This document shows, piece after piece, positions 8,754 to 19,088 of a stretch of DNA of 63,977 nt. Source of the stretch: an uncultured Clostridia bacterium. Its GTDB lineage: Bacteria > Bacillota > Clostridia > TANB77 > CAG-508. The position numbers and the translations under genes were made by a program. Position 1 is the stretch's first letter; the number at the start of each line of letters is the position of its first letter. Under the pieces are notes generated by a model. The model did not search any database, was not told the origin of the DNA, and saw only the letters and a list, made by a program, of their open reading frames with translations. Location of the stretch: positions 1 to 63,977 of the forward strand of contig CALXEV010000004.1 in NCBI GenBank assembly GCA_944387425.1, read 5' to 3'.

Positions 8754-8918
8754 TTGTCACAGGGACGGTCCTTGGTGACAAAATGCCAAAAAAGACCCGG
8801 TCCCAATTGGCACAATTGAAAAAATGGCAAAAGAGAACCGGCACCAAATGTCAAAATTGCCACCAAGGACCGTCCCTATTGGCAAATTTGCAAAAAAAGA
8901 ACCGGCTCAATTGTCCGG
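8754..8918. repeat. family-1 GC-core hairpin repeat cluster 2 (units C'-A-B-C-B)
   Basis: Unit C' (inverted): TTGTCAC[AGGGACGGTCCTTG]GTGACAA (8754-8781). Unit A: TGCCAA[AAAAGACCCGGTCCCAA]TTGGCA (8784-8812). Unit B: TGGCAA[AAGAGAACCGGCACCAA]ATGTCA (8825-8853). Unit C: TTGCCA[CCAAGGACCGTCCCTA]TTGGCAA (8857-8885). A degenerate B unit follows (8887-8918). Confidence 0.9.
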
Positions 8919-8924
8919 ATCTTT

Positions 8925-10244
8925 CTATTCTAAGAATCCCTTATAATGTCTCATTACTAACTGAGATTCTAATTGTTGTACTGTTTCAAGTGCAACACCT
9001 ACAACGATTAATATTGAAGTTCCACCAAATGAAACATTTAGTGTTGTAAATCTTAATAGCATTGGAAGTATTGCTATAATTGCTAGGAATAAACCACCAA
9101 ATATTGTTAATTTTGAGATTATTGATGATAAATAATCTGTTGTTGGTTTTCCTGCTCTTATTCCTGGGATAAATCCACCATTTTTCTTGATATTATTTGA
9201 TACTTCTGCTGGATTAAATGTAGCATAAGTATAAAAGAATGTGAATCCCATAATTAATAATAAGTATACAATTGCATTTGCTAATGAATATCCCCATCCA
9301 ACACTTGAAGATGATGTTGCCAATGAGAATTTATAAACTCCTGACCAAAATCCTGTTAGTGTTGTAGGATCATTTACAAACATTGAAATTATCATAGCTG
9401 GGAATGTCATGAATGATGATGCAAAGATTACTGGCATAACACCTGCCATTGCAAGCTTTAATGGAATGTGTGTACTTTGTGCTCCAACCATCTTTCTTCC
9501 AACTACTTTTTTAGAGTATTGTACAGGTACTCTTCTTTCAGCTTGTTGTACAAATACAACACCTGCAACTAAAAGAATTGCTCCTATAATAACACCTAAT
9601 GCTGTAATTAGTCCAACTGTACTGAATCCTGTACTTGTAAATATAAGATTCCATATAGTTGTTACCCCTGCAGGTAATCCTGAAATTATACCAATGAATA
9701 TAATTATAGATATACCATTTCCAATTCCTCTACTTGTTATTTGTTCTCCTAGCCACATTAATAGAGATGTTCCTGCTACTAATGATAAAACTACTAGAGT
9801 TCCTGTTAGTAATCCTGAATTTATAAATATTCCAGAATTTCTGTAAGATAAATAGATACCTATAGCTTCTACTAAAGCTAATATTATTGTTACTATTTTT
9901 GTGTATCTATTCATCATTTTTCTTCCTTCTTCTCCACCTTCTTTAGCTAATCTTTCTAAAGCTGGTATTACCATTGCCAATAATTGCACAACAATTGATG
10001 CTGTGATATAAGGGCTTATTGACATTGCAAATATTGAGAATCTTGAGAAAGCTCCTCCTGAAATTAGGTCTATGAATCCTGATATTCCGTTTGTTGAGCT
10101 CATTGCTTCATTTAATGTTATTGTATTTACTCCAGGTACTGTAATATAACATCCTAATCTAAATAATACAATAAGAATTAATGTATATATAAGTCTTTTT
10201 CTTACATCTGGTGTTTTTAAAGCGTTTCTTATCGTTTTAAACAA
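8925..10244 (-). CDS. secY: preprotein translocase subunit SecY
   Basis: 439 aa, 10-TM pattern, between rplO and adk. Confidence 0.97.
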   Translation of the reverse strand: MFKTIRNALKTPDVRKRLIYTLILIVLFRLGCYITVPGVNTITLNEAMSSTNGISGFIDLISGGAFSRFSIFAMSISPYITASIVVQLLAMVIPALERLAKEGGEEGRKMMNRYTKIVTIILALVEAIGIYLSYRNSGIFINSGLLTGTLVVLSLVAGTSLLMWLGEQITSRGIGNGISIIIFIGIISGLPAGVTTIWNLIFTSTGFSTVGLITALGVIIGAILLVAGVVFVQQAERRVPVQYSKKVVGRKMVGAQSTHIPLKLAMAGVMPVIFASSFMTFPAMIISMFVNDPTTLTGFWSGVYKFSLATSSSSVGWGYSLANAIVYLLLIMGFTFFYTYATFNPAEVSNNIKKNGGFIPGIRAGKPTTDYLSSIISKLTIFGGLFLAIIAILPMLLRFTTLNVSFGGTSILIVVGVALETVQQLESQLVMRHYKGFLE

Positions 10245-10679
10245 CTAAATCACCTCTGCCTTTCCGCCTAGGGCTTCGATTTTTTCCTTAGCAGTAGCAG
10301 TAAATCTTTTTGCTTTTACATTTAGTTTTTTGTCTAATTTTCCTGTTGCTAAAACAACTATTCCATCATTTACTTTTCCGATTATTCCTTCTTCTACTAA
10401 GCTTTCTGCTGTTACATCTGTTGCTTTTGATTTGTTTAACATTGTTAATGTTACTTCAGTATAATTTTTTGCGTGGATATTTGTGAATCCTCTTTTTGGT
10501 AAACGTCTATATAATGGTGTTTGACCTCCTTCGAATCCTCTTCTTACTCCACCACCGCTTCTTGCTTTTTGTCCTTTATGTCCTCTTCCTGAAGTTTTTC
10601 CAAGTCCAGAACCCATACCGCGTCCTACTCTTTTTCTATCTTTCTTTTCAACAGCTGGTTTTAATTCTCCTAATTTCAT
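10245..10679 (-). CDS. rplO: 50S ribosomal protein L15
   Basis: [28 protein letters not shown]. Confidence 0.95.
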   Translation of the reverse strand: MKLGELKPAVEKKDRKRVGRGMGSGLGKTSGRGHKGQKARSGGGVRRGFEGGQTPLYRRLPKRGFTNIHAKNYTEVTLTMLNKSKATDVTAESLVEEGIIGKVNDGIVVLATGKLDKKLNVKAKRFTATAKEKIEALGGKAEVI

Positions 10680-10740
10680 TTTTCTTGCACCTCCTTGTTA
10701 TTAACGACATTAGTGACTATCTTTAATAATTATAATTTAA

Positions 10741-11232
10741 TTACATTATTTCGTCAACTTTTTTGTTTCTCTTTTTAGCAACTTGTTCAATAGTTCTCAT
10801 ATTTTTTAAACCTTCGATAGTTGCATATACTACGTTTCTTGGATTGTTTGTTCCAATAACTTTTGTACGAACATCTCTATATCCTGCTAATTCTAGTACT
10901 GGTCTTACACTTCCTCCTGTTATAAGTCCTGTACCTACTTTAGCTGGTTTTAACATAACTTTTGCACTACCAAATTGTCCAACAAATTCATGAGGCACTG
11001 TTGTTCCAACTATTGGAACTTCTACTAAATTCTTTTTTGCTTCTTGAATAGCTTTTTTGATTGCATCTGGTACTTCAGCAGCTTTTCCATTTCCGATTCC
11101 TACATGTCCTGCACCGTCACCAACGATTACAACAGCACTAAATCTGAATGTTCTACCACCTTTTACTACTTTTGCAACTCTGTTTATAGCTACTACTTTT
11201 TCTTTTAACTCTGGCATTTTATTTTCTTCCAT
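10741..11232 (-). CDS. rpsE: 30S ribosomal protein S5
   Basis: [27 protein letters not shown]... Confidence 0.95.
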   Translation of the reverse strand: MEENKMPELKEKVVAINRVAKVVKGGRTFRFSAVVIVGDGAGHVGIGNGKAAEVPDAIKKAIQEAKKNLVEVPIVGTTVPHEFVGQFGSAKVMLKPAKVGTGLITGGSVRPVLELAGYRDVRTKVIGTNNPRNVVYATIEGLKNMRTIEQVAKKRNKKVDEIM

Positions 11233-11283
11233 AGGTTTTATTTTTTCCCTCCTTTTTACTTTTGAACAAATATCAAATTTGTA

Positions 11284-11643
11284 TTAGAATTCTAGTCCGC
11301 CTTCTCTTGCAGCTTCTGCTAGTTCTTTTACAACTCCATGATATATATATCCACTACGATCATATACTACTGTTTTTATTTTTTTAGCTATTGCTCTTTT
11401 AGCTATTAAAGCTCCAACTTCTTTAGCTGCTTCTATATTAGATTTTTTTGTTTTTACTTCTTTATCTAATGTTGAAGCTTGAACTAATGTATTACCAGCA
11501 ACATCATCGATTATTTGTGCATATAGGTTTGAATTGCTTCTATAAACACATAATCTTGGTCTTTCTGCTGTTCCAGATACTTTAGTTCTTACTCTAGCAT
11601 GTCTTCTAGCTCTTTCTAGCTTTCTATCTGTTTTTCCTACCAT
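11284..11643 (-). CDS. rplR: 50S ribosomal protein L18
   Basis: [35 protein letters not shown]. Confidence 0.95.
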   Translation of the reverse strand: MVGKTDRKLERARRHARVRTKVSGTAERPRLCVYRSNSNLYAQIIDDVAGNTLVQASTLDKEVKTKKSNIEAAKEVGALIAKRAIAKKIKTVVYDRSGYIYHGVVKELAEAAREGGLEF

Positions 11644-11681
11644 TTCTAAACTCCTTTCCTAAGGTTTGTTTTTAGATTTTA

Positions 11682-12218
11682 TTATTTACCTGTTTTTCCT
11701 ACTTTACGTCTAATAACTTCTTCAGCATATTTAATACCTTTACCTCTATATACTTCAGGTGGTCTCTTTGTTCTTATATTTGCTGCTGTTTGACCAACTA
11801 ATTCTTTATCTATTCCTTTTACTATGATAGTATTTGGATTTGGAACATCAAAAGAAATACCTGCTGGTGCTTCAAATATTACAGGATGAGAATATCCTAA
11901 TGTAAGATTTAAGTTGTTTCCTTGTTTTGCAACTCTGTAACCTACACCATTTATTTGTAATTCTCTTGTATATTCTGTTACAACACCATTTATCATATTA
12001 TTGATTAAAGTTCTTGTTAGACCATGAATGCTTTTATTTAGTGTTTCATCATTTGGTCTAGAAACTTTAACAACATTATTTTCTACTGTTACAGAAATAT
12101 TTTTATGTATTTCTTTTTCTAATGTACCTTTAGGTCCTTTTACAGTTATTTTTTGTCCATCAACTTTTACTTCAACACCTGCTGGTACTGTAATAGGTTT
12201 GTTTCCTATTCTTGACAT
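11682..12218 (-). CDS. rplF: 50S ribosomal protein L6
   Basis: [19 protein letters not shown]. The start was moved to the ATG at 12218, after an AAGGAGGG RBS; the track ORF (to 12260) would overlap rpsH. Confidence 0.93.
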   Translation of the reverse strand: MSRIGNKPITVPAGVEVKVDGQKITVKGPKGTLEKEIHKNISVTVENNVVKVSRPNDETLNKSIHGLTRTLINNMINGVVTEYTRELQINGVGYRVAKQGNNLNLTLGYSHPVIFEAPAGISFDVPNPNTIIVKGIDKELVGQTAANIRTKRPPEVYRGKGIKYAEEVIRRKVGKTGK

Positions 12219-12253
12219 TTTGTTTTCCCTCCTTTTTAGATTATTAGCTACGA

Positions 12254-12652
12254 TTACCAAATGTAAGCTAAAACTTCTCCACCTATTCCTGCTTCTCTAG
12301 CTTCTTTGTCTGTTTTTAGACCTTTTGATGTAGAAATTATTGCTATACCTAAACCATTTAATACTTTTGGTAATTCTTCTTTGTTTGCATATACTCTTAA
12401 TCCTGGTTTACTAATTCTTTTTATTCCATCAATAACTCTTGTTCCGTTTTCATCATATTTTAGAGTTATTCTTATAATTCCTTGATTTTCATTATTTATT
12501 AGTTCAAATTCTTTGATATATCCTTCTTTAAAAAGTATTTCTGCTATAGATGTTTTTATTTTTGAAGCTGGAATATCAACTGTTTTGTGTTTAGCACTGT
12601 TAGCATTTCTTATTCTTGTTAACATGTCTGCTATTGGATCTGTAGTATTCAA
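12254..12652 (-). CDS. rpsH: 30S ribosomal protein S8
   Basis: [19 protein letters not shown]. Confidence 0.95.
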   Translation of the reverse strand: MNTTDPIADMLTRIRNANSAKHKTVDIPASKIKTSIAEILFKEGYIKEFELINNENQGIIRITLKYDENGTRVIDGIKRISKPGLRVYANKEELPKVLNGLGIAIISTSKGLKTDKEAREAGIGGEVLAYIW

Positions 12653-12674
12653 TTTACTTTCCTCCTTTCATATT

Positions 12675-12860
12675 TTACCAACTAGCTTTTTTTACACCTG
12701 GAATTTCACCTTTGTGTGCTAGTTCTCTGAAACATACACGGCAAATTCCATATTTTCTTATATAAGCATGTGGTCTTCCACAAATTCTACATCTGTTATA
12801 TTCTCTTGTAGCATATTTTTGTGGTCTAGCTTGTTTTATTTTTAATGATTTTTTAGCCAT
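12675..12860 (-). CDS. rpsN: 30S ribosomal protein S14 type Z (zinc-binding, 61 aa)
   Basis: [23 protein letters not shown] (CxxC...CxxC). Confidence 0.95.
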   Translation of the reverse strand: MAKKSLKIKQARPQKYATREYNRCRICGRPHAYIRKYGICRVCFRELAHKGEIPGVKKASW

Positions 12861-12882
12861 CTTTTAACTTTCCTCCTTATTA

Positions 12883-13422
12883 CTATGCTTTGAAAGGCAT
12901 TCCTAATAATCTTAGTAATTCTTTTGCCTCTTCGTCTGTTTCAGCTGTTGTTACAAATATTATATCCATACCTCTTAATTTGTCTACTTTATCATATTCA
13001 ATTTCAGGGAATATTAATTGTTCTTTAATTCCCATTGAGTAGTTTCCTCTTCCATCAAATGAGTTTGCAGAAACACCTCTGAAATCTCTTACTCTAGGTA
13101 ATGCTACATTGAATAATTTATATGCAAAGTCATACATTTTGTCTGCTCTTAATGTAACTTTACATCCAACGTTAGCTCCTTCTCTTAATTTAAATGCTGC
13201 TATTGATTTTTTTGCTTTTGTTATCATTGGTCTTTGACCTGTGATTTGCATTAAATCATTTACTGCATTTTCTAGTGATTTAGGATTTTCTTTTGTATCT
13301 CCTAAACCTATATTTATAACTATTTTGTCAAGCTTTGGAACTTGCATAATAGATTTATAATCAAATTTTTTCATTAATGCTGGAATTACTTCTTTTTCAT
13401 ATTGTTCTCTTAGTTTTTCCAT
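12883..13422 (-). CDS. rplE: 50S ribosomal protein L5
   Basis: Canonical L5 sequence and position. Confidence 0.95.
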   Translation of the reverse strand: MEKLREQYEKEVIPALMKKFDYKSIMQVPKLDKIVINIGLGDTKENPKSLENAVNDLMQITGQRPMITKAKKSIAAFKLREGANVGCKVTLRADKMYDFAYKLFNVALPRVRDFRGVSANSFDGRGNYSMGIKEQLIFPEIEYDKVDKLRGMDIIFVTTAETDEEAKELLRLLGMPFKA

Positions 13423-13442
13423 TTTTAGTTAGTCCTCCTTTC

Positions 13443-13751
13443 TTATTTTATTTTAGCTCCACATTTTTTACAAATACGAACTTTTTTACCATCTTCTATT
13501 TTATAAGCGATTCTAGTTGCTTTTCCACATTTTGGACATACTACATTTAGTTTTGCACTATTTATAGCACATTCAACAGAAATTATTCCGCCTTCTTCGC
13601 CTTGTTTTCTAGGTTTTACATGTTTTTTTCTTACATTTACACCTTTTACGACTACTTTTGATTCTTTTGGTATAACTTCTAATACTTCTCCTGTTTTACC
13701 TTTATCATTTCCAGATAAAACTTGAACTGTATCTCCTTTTTTTATTTTCAT
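13443..13751 (-). CDS. rplX: 50S ribosomal protein L24 with C-terminal CxxC...CxxC
   Basis: MKIKKGDTVQVLSGNDKGKTGEVL KOW motif; the C-terminus reads VVCPKCGKATRIAYKIEDGKKVRICKKCG. Confidence 0.93.
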   Translation of the reverse strand: MKIKKGDTVQVLSGNDKGKTGEVLEVIPKESKVVVKGVNVRKKHVKPRKQGEEGGIISVECAINSAKLNVVCPKCGKATRIAYKIEDGKKVRICKKCGAKIK

Positions 13752-13820
13752 CGAGTTTAACCTCCTTCTTTATTTTTTGGTTAATTTTTAGCTTATTGCT
13801 CTTTAACTCTTATATATTAA

Positions 13821-14189
13821 TTAAAGAACTTCTGGTGCTAATGATAATATTTTCATATAATCTTTTTCTCTTAATTCTCTTGCTACTGGTCCAAATATAC
13901 GTGTTCCTCTTGGTGTTTTATCATCTTTTATTAATACAGCTGCATTTTCATCAAATTTGATATAAGAACCGTCTGGTCTTCTTAGACCTTTTTTGCTTCT
14001 TACTATAACAGCTTTTACTACATCACCTTTTTTAACAACGCCACCTGGTGTTGCTGTTTTAACAGAGGCTACTATAACATCACCGATATTAGCTGTTTTC
14101 ATATAAGAACCACCCATACATCTGATACACATTATTTCTTTAGCTCCAGTGTTGTCTGCAACTTTTAATATTGTTTGTTGTTGTATCAT
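13821..14189 (-). CDS. rplN: 50S ribosomal protein L14
   Basis: [18 protein letters not shown]. Confidence 0.97.
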   Translation of the reverse strand: MIQQQTILKVADNTGAKEIMCIRCMGGSYMKTANIGDVIVASVKTATPGGVVKKGDVVKAVIVRSKKGLRRPDGSYIKFDENAAVLIKDDKTPRGTRIFGPVARELREKDYMKILSLAPEVL

Positions 14190-14192
14190 GAC

Positions 14193-14453
14193 TTATTTTC
14201 CTCCTTTTTCAAGAATCTCAACTACTCTCCATCTCTTGTCTTTAGAAAGTGGTCTTGTTTCCATTACTTTTACTTTATCTCCTATTTTACAGTTATTTTC
14301 TTCATCATGTGCTTTTAATTTATATGTTCTTTTTACTGTTTTTCCGTACATTTTATGGCTTACGCTTGTTTCTACTGAAACAACTACTGTTTTATCCATT
14401 TTATCAGATGTTACAGTTCCAACCATAACTTTACGAAGATTTCTTTGCTCCAT
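14193..14453 (-). CDS. rpsQ: 30S ribosomal protein S17
   Basis: [25 protein letters not shown]. The start was moved to the ATG at 14453, after an AAGGAGGG RBS. Confidence 0.92.
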   Translation of the reverse strand: MEQRNLRKVMVGTVTSDKMDKTVVVSVETSVSHKMYGKTVKRTYKLKAHDEENNCKIGDKVKVMETRPLSKDKRWRVVEILEKGGK

Positions 14454-14478
14454 AGGTTTTAACCCTCCTTTACTCATT

Positions 14479-14682
14479 TTAAGCCTTAGCTTCTGCTATT
14501 TTTCTTTCTGTCAATACTGTATTTATTTTAGCTATATCTTTTTTTACTTCTTTTATTTTCATTGGATTATCTAATCCGTTTGTAGCTAAACTAAATTTTA
14601 ATTTAAATAATTCTGTTTTTAGTTCACCTAATTCTTTTTCTAATTCTGGTGAAGACATTTCTCTTATTTTATTTATCTTCAT
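14479..14682 (-). CDS. rpmC: 50S ribosomal protein L29
   Basis: [30 protein letters not shown]. The ATG at 14682 overlaps the rplP 3' end by 14 nt. Confidence 0.9.
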   Translation of the reverse strand: MKINKIREMSSPELEKELGELKTELFKLKFSLATNGLDNPMKIKEVKKDIAKINTVLTERKIAEAKA

Positions 14683-15115
14683 CACTATCACCCACCTTGT
14701 TTACAGTTTCTCTTGCTACGAATTTTGATTTTATAGGTAGTTTATTCATAGCTAATCTCAAGGCTTCTTTAGCTGTTTCTTCTGGTATTCCTGCAATTTC
14801 AAACATTACTCTACCTGGTTTAACAGCTGCTACCCAATATTCAACATTACCTTTACCTTTACCACCACGAGTTCCGGCTGGTTTTTGTGTTATTGGTTTG
14901 TCTGGAAATATTTTAATCCAAACTTTTCCACCTCTTTTTGTATAACGTGTCATAGCAACACGGGCTGCTTCTATTTGATTTCCTTTTATTAATCCTGCTT
15001 CCACTGCTTGTATTCCGTATTCTCCGTCTGTTACTCTATTTCCTCTTGTTGCTTTTCCTCTATTTCTACCTTTTTGCATTTTTCTATATTTTGATTTTTT
15101 TGGCATCAATGGCAT
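14669..15115 (-). CDS. rplP: 50S ribosomal protein L16
   Basis: [17 protein letters not shown] core; TAATG overlap with the rpsC stop. Confidence 0.95.
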   Translation of the reverse strand: MPLMPKKSKYRKMQKGRNRGKATRGNRVTDGEYGIQAVEAGLIKGNQIEAARVAMTRYTKRGGKVWIKIFPDKPITQKPAGTRGGKGKGNVEYWVAAVKPGRVMFEIAGIPEETAKEALRLAMNKLPIKSKFVARETVNKVGDSDEDK

Positions 15116-15771
15116 TATTTGTCTCCTCCTTCCACTTTTTTAGTTGGAAGAACTTCACCTTTATAAATCCATACTTTAACACCGATTTTTCCGTATGTTG
15201 TATCTGCTTCAGCAAATCCGTAATCAATATCAGCTCTTAAAGTTTGTAGTGGAATTGTTCCTTCTTTATAGAATTCTGTTCTAGCCATATCAGCTCCACC
15301 TAATCTTCCTGATACTGATGTTTTAATTCCTAAAGCTCCTGCTTTCATAGCTTTTTGCATACATTGTTTCATAGCTCTTCTAAATGAAATTCTTCTTTCT
15401 AGTTGTCCTGCAATATTTTCAGCAACTAATTGTGCATCTGTATCTATTGCTTTAACCTCAACTATATTGATATTTACTTCTTTTCCTATTAATTTTGTTA
15501 CTTCAGCTTTTAATGTTTCAGCTCCTGCTCCACCTTTTCCGATTATAATTCCTGGTTTTGCAGCATAAACATTTACTTTTACGAATTTAGCTGTTCTTTC
15601 AATTTCAATTTTTGAAACTCCAGCTGCATATAATTTTTTCTTTAAAAATTTACGAATTTTTTGGTCTTCTACTAAATAATCAGCAAAATTTTTAGAATCT
15701 GCATACCATTTAGCATTCCAATCTTTTATTATTCCAACTCTAACACCAGTTGGATGTACTTTTTGTCCCAT
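15115..15771 (-). CDS. rpsC: 30S ribosomal protein S3
   Basis: [24 protein letters not shown]. Confidence 0.97.
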   Translation of the reverse strand: MGQKVHPTGVRVGIIKDWNAKWYADSKNFADYLVEDQKIRKFLKKKLYAAGVSKIEIERTAKFVKVNVYAAKPGIIIGKGGAGAETLKAEVTKLIGKEVNINIVEVKAIDTDAQLVAENIAGQLERRISFRRAMKQCMQKAMKAGALGIKTSVSGRLGGADMARTEFYKEGTIPLQTLRADIDYGFAEADTTYGKIGVKVWIYKGEVLPTKKVEGGDK

Positions 15772-15791
15772 TTTTTAGTAATCCTCCTTTC

Positions 15792-16145
15792 CTATTTGTC
15801 ATCTCTTAATACTATTGTTATATGACTTGTTCTTTTTCTAATTCTAACTGCTGAACCTTTTGCTGCAGGTCTTATTCTCTTTAATGTTGGACCTTGATTA
15901 GCATAAATTTCAGCAACATATAATTTTTCATGTTTCATTCCATGGTTGTTTTCAGCATTTGCGATTGCTGATTTTAATAATTTTTCGATTATTTCTGATG
16001 ATGCCTTTGGTGCAAATTTTACTATTGCTAAAGCTTCATCAACATTTTTTCCTCTTATTAAATCTGCAACTATTTTTACTTTTCTTGCAGATATTCTAGC
16101 ATATCTTAATGTTGCTTTTGCTTCAATGATTGCTGTTTCTTCCAC
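15792..16145 (-). CDS. rplV: 50S ribosomal protein L22
   Basis: [25 protein letters not shown]. Confidence 0.95.
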   Translation of the reverse strand: MEETAIIEAKATLRYARISARKVKIVADLIRGKNVDEALAIVKFAPKASSEIIEKLLKSAIANAENNHGMKHEKLYVAEIYANQGPTLKRIRPAAKGSAVRIRKRTSHITIVLRDDK

Positions 16146-16165
16146 TACAATTCCCTCCTTATTAA

Positions 16166-16447
16166 TTATTTATTTGTTGTAGTTGCTTTTTCTCCTGAAT
16201 GACCTTTGAATGTCCTTGTAGGAGCAAATTCACCTAATTTATGACCTATCATTTCTTCTGTTATATAAACTGGTACATGTTTTCTACCGTCATGAACAGC
16301 GATTGTGTGTCCAATCATTTGTGGATATATTGTTGAAGCTCTTGACCATGTCTTGATTACTTCTTTATTTCCACTTTCATTCATAGCTTCTACTCTTTTT
16401 AGTAGTTCTGGTGCTACGAAAGGTTTTTTCTTGCTTGATCTTGACAT
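16166..16447 (-). CDS. rpsS: 30S ribosomal protein S19
   Basis: [11 protein letters not shown]...[31 protein letters not shown]. Confidence 0.97.
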   Translation of the reverse strand: MSRSSKKKPFVAPELLKRVEAMNESGNKEVIKTWSRASTIYPQMIGHTIAVHDGRKHVPVYITEEMIGHKLGEFAPTRTFKGHSGEKATTTNK

Positions 16448-16464
16448 ATGATTTTCCTCCTATT

Positions 16465-17292
16465 CTATTTTCTTCTCTTTACTATAAATTTATTTGTTTT
16501 CTTTTTAGCATCTCTTGTCTTATATCCTAGAGCTGGTTTACCCCAAGGTGTCATTGGTCCAGAATGTCCAACTGGAGCTCTACCTTCACCACCACCATGT
16601 GGGTGATCTACTGGGTTCATTACAGAACCTCTAACTGTAGGTCTGATTCCTAAGTGTCTTGTTTTTCCTGCTTTTCCTAATTTAACATTTTCGTGATCAG
16701 CATTTCCAACTACACCGATTGTTGCTCTACATTTTGCTAATATTAATCTCATTTCTCCTGAAGGTAATCTTACATGTGCATATTTACCTTCTTTAGCCAT
16801 TAATTGTGCACTTTGTCCAGCAACTCTTACTAATTTTGCTCCTTGTCCTGGATTTAATTCAATATTATGGATTAATGTACCAACAGGTATATTTGCTATT
16901 GGTAAAGTGTTTCCTGCTTTGATATCTACATTTTCTCCAGAAACAACTTTGTCTCCATCTGTTAATCCTTGTGGTGCGATGATGTAACTTAGTGTTCCAT
17001 CTTCATATTTTATTAATGCTATGTTAGCACTTCTGTTAGGATCATATTCGATTCCTACAACTGTTGCTTCCATATTGTCTTTTAATCTCTTAAAATCTAT
17101 TATTCTATATTTTTGTCTATTTCCTCCACCTTGATGTCTAACAGTTATTCTACCATATGAGTTTCTTCCTGAATTTTTCTTTTTCTTTGTAAGTAAAGAT
17201 TTTTCAGGAGATGTTTTTGTAACTTCTTCATATGTTGATACTGTCATGTTTCTTCTTGATGGTGTATAGGCTTTGAAATGTTTCATTCCCAT
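16465..17292 (-). CDS. rplB: 50S ribosomal protein L2
   Basis: [15 protein letters not shown]...[15 protein letters not shown]. Confidence 0.97.
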   Translation of the reverse strand: MGMKHFKAYTPSRRNMTVSTYEEVTKTSPEKSLLTKKKKNSGRNSYGRITVRHQGGGNRQKYRIIDFKRLKDNMEATVVGIEYDPNRSANIALIKYEDGTLSYIIAPQGLTDGDKVVSGENVDIKAGNTLPIANIPVGTLIHNIELNPGQGAKLVRVAGQSAQLMAKEGKYAHVRLPSGEMRLILAKCRATIGVVGNADHENVKLGKAGKTRHLGIRPTVRGSVMNPVDHPHGGGEGRAPVGHSGPMTPWGKPALGYKTRDAKKKTNKFIVKRRK

Positions 17293-17390
17293 TTTTGATT
17301 TCTCCTTTATTCTTTATATTTGCGGTTATTTTCCTGCTCCGCCACAGATATTCTTTATTTTCCGGGCCTTTCCCGATATTATCTTAAAAT
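17293..17390 (-). other. unusually long (98 nt) rplW-rplB spacer carrying GC-rich hairpins
   Basis: In mRNA sense the spacer reads CGGGAAAGGCCCGGAAAATAAAGAATATCTGTGGCGGAGCAGGAAAATAACCGCA. It contains two short GC stems (CGGG/CCCG and GCGG/CCGC) in an otherwise AT-rich spacer. Confidence 0.5.
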
Positions 17391-17738
17391 TTAAGCTCCC
17401 ATGAATTCATCGATTGCATCTTTGTATTTCTTAGAAACTTTAACTTCTTTTCCACCTTTTCCAAGGTATGTTTTATCAGATGGATTTGTATCTATTGTAA
17501 CAATAGCTTTTTTCCAATCTGGTGTTTTTCCTTCTTTATATCTAACTCTTTTTGTTTTTCCTCTAACTGTCATTGTATTTACATTTAATACTTTTACTTC
17601 AAAAAGTTTTTCAACTGCTTTTGCTATTTCGATTTTTGTAGCTTTTTTGTTAACTTCGAAAGTGTATTTTCCAGCTTGCAATTCATCATTACTTTTTTCT
17701 GTTACTACTGGTCTTACTATAATTTCTTCTGGTAACAT
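17391..17738 (-). CDS. rplW: 50S ribosomal protein L23 (C-terminally extended)
   Basis: IIVRPVVTEKS...KAIVTI core, plus a ~25-aa Lys-rich tail. Confidence 0.93.
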   Translation of the reverse strand: MLPEEIIVRPVVTEKSNDELQAGKYTFEVNKKATKIEIAKAVEKLFEVKVLNVNTMTVRGKTKRVRYKEGKTPDWKKAIVTIDTNPSDKTYLGKGGKEVKVSKKYKDAIDEFMGA

Positions 17739-18361
17739 TAGGCATACACCTCCTCTAATTTTTTAACAGTATCTAGTGGTAAAACTAATTTGTTGCAATT
17801 TAATAAATCAAATACGTTGATTGTATTTAATGCAATAGTTTTAACACCTTCTATATTTCTGCTTGATAATAATACATTTTCATTTTTGTCTGCTAATATA
17901 ATTAGAGCTTTTCCTTCAACTTTTAAATCTGTTAGAGCTTTTGCCATAACTTTTGTTTTAGGTTCTTTAACTTCTAATTTATCAACAACTGTTAATTCAT
18001 TATCTAATACTTTTGCACTTAATAATGATTTTATTGCTAATTGTTTTTCTTTTTTGTTTACTCTGTATGTGTATGAACGTGGTTTTGGTCCTAAAGCTAT
18101 ACCACCTTTAATCCATTGTGGTGCACGTATACTACCTTGTCTTGCTCTACCTGTTCCTTTTTGTCTCCATGGTTTCTTTCCACCACCACGAACTTCTGCT
18201 CTTGTTTTAGTACTTTGTGTACCTTGTCTTTGATTAGCTAAGTAGTTTACTAATACACTGTGAACTACAGTTTCATTTGGTTTAATTCCAAAAACTGCTT
18301 CGCTTAGTTCTACATCACTAACTTTTTTACCTTGCATGTTATATACATCTACTTTTGGCAT
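17738..18361 (-). CDS. rplD: 50S ribosomal protein L4
   Basis: QRQGTQSTKTRAEVRGGGKKPWRQKGTGRARQGS. Confidence 0.97.
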   Translation of the reverse strand: MPKVDVYNMQGKKVSDVELSEAVFGIKPNETVVHSVLVNYLANQRQGTQSTKTRAEVRGGGKKPWRQKGTGRARQGSIRAPQWIKGGIALGPKPRSYTYRVNKKEKQLAIKSLLSAKVLDNELTVVDKLEVKEPKTKVMAKALTDLKVEGKALIILADKNENVLLSSRNIEGVKTIALNTINVFDLLNCNKLVLPLDTVKKLEEVYA

Positions 18362-18382
18362 TTCGTTTTTCCTCCTTTTCTT

Positions 18383-19018
18383 CTATGCTAAAGCTTTTAC
18401 AGCTGATTTTATTTTTAAGATAGCTCCTTTTGCTCCTGGCACACTACCTTTTACTAATATCACATTTTTGTCCATGTCTACTTTTACAACATCTAAGTTT
18501 TGAATTGTAACTGTAACACGTCCCATATGTCCTGGTAATTTTTTACCTTTGAATACTCTTCCTGGTGTTGATGTTGGTCCCATTGAACCTGGTCTTCTAT
18601 GATACATTGAACCATGTCCCATTGGTCCTCTGTGTTGTCCATGTCTTTTGATTACACCTTGGAATCCTTTTCCTTTTGATGTTCCTTGTACATCTATTTT
18701 TTCTCCAGCAGTAAATATATCTGCTTTTACTTCATCTCCAACTTTGATTCCTTCTATTGAATCTAGTCTGAATTCTCTTAAATGTTTTTTTGCTGTTACA
18801 TTTGCTTTTGCAAAATGTCCTTTTTCTGGTTTGTTTAATTTGTTTTCTTTTACATCTCCAAATCCTAGTTGTACTGCTTCATATCCATCTTTTTCTGATG
18901 TTTTTACTTGAGCCACTATACATGGACCTGCTTCTATAACTGTAACTGGAATAACTGTTCCGTTTTCATCAAATACTTGTGTCATTCCAACTTTTTTTCC
19001 TATTATTGCTTTTTTCAT
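18383..19018 (-). CDS. rplC: 50S ribosomal protein L3
   Basis: [16 protein letters not shown]...[12 protein letters not shown]. Confidence 0.97.
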   Translation of the reverse strand: MKKAIIGKKVGMTQVFDENGTVIPVTVIEAGPCIVAQVKTSEKDGYEAVQLGFGDVKENKLNKPEKGHFAKANVTAKKHLREFRLDSIEGIKVGDEVKADIFTAGEKIDVQGTSKGKGFQGVIKRHGQHRGPMGHGSMYHRRPGSMGPTSTPGRVFKGKKLPGHMGRVTVTIQNLDVVKVDMDKNVILVKGSVPGAKGAILKIKSAVKALA

Positions 19019-19088
19019 TTAATATTCCTCCTAACTATTGGCTGGTAAGCGACCAGCTTGGTTTATTGATTTTATAATATTATTGAAA

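Noticed and set aside
8807-8813. TGGCAC motifs in the repeats as possible sigma-54 -24 elements (also at 23265-23270).
   Set aside because: No GC element lies at the required spacing (GG-N10-GC). The TGGCA/TGCCA strings are explained as hairpin stems.
8754-8918. Whether the family 1 clusters could be a CRISPR array.
   Set aside because: The units are of three different types, 20-33 nt long, irregularly spaced and sometimes overlapping. There are no unique spacers of constant length, and no cas genes are in the window.
10680-10740. A search for a hidden small rpmD ORF between rpsE and rplO.
   Set aside because: The spacer is only 61 nt, too short for a ~59-aa protein in any frame.
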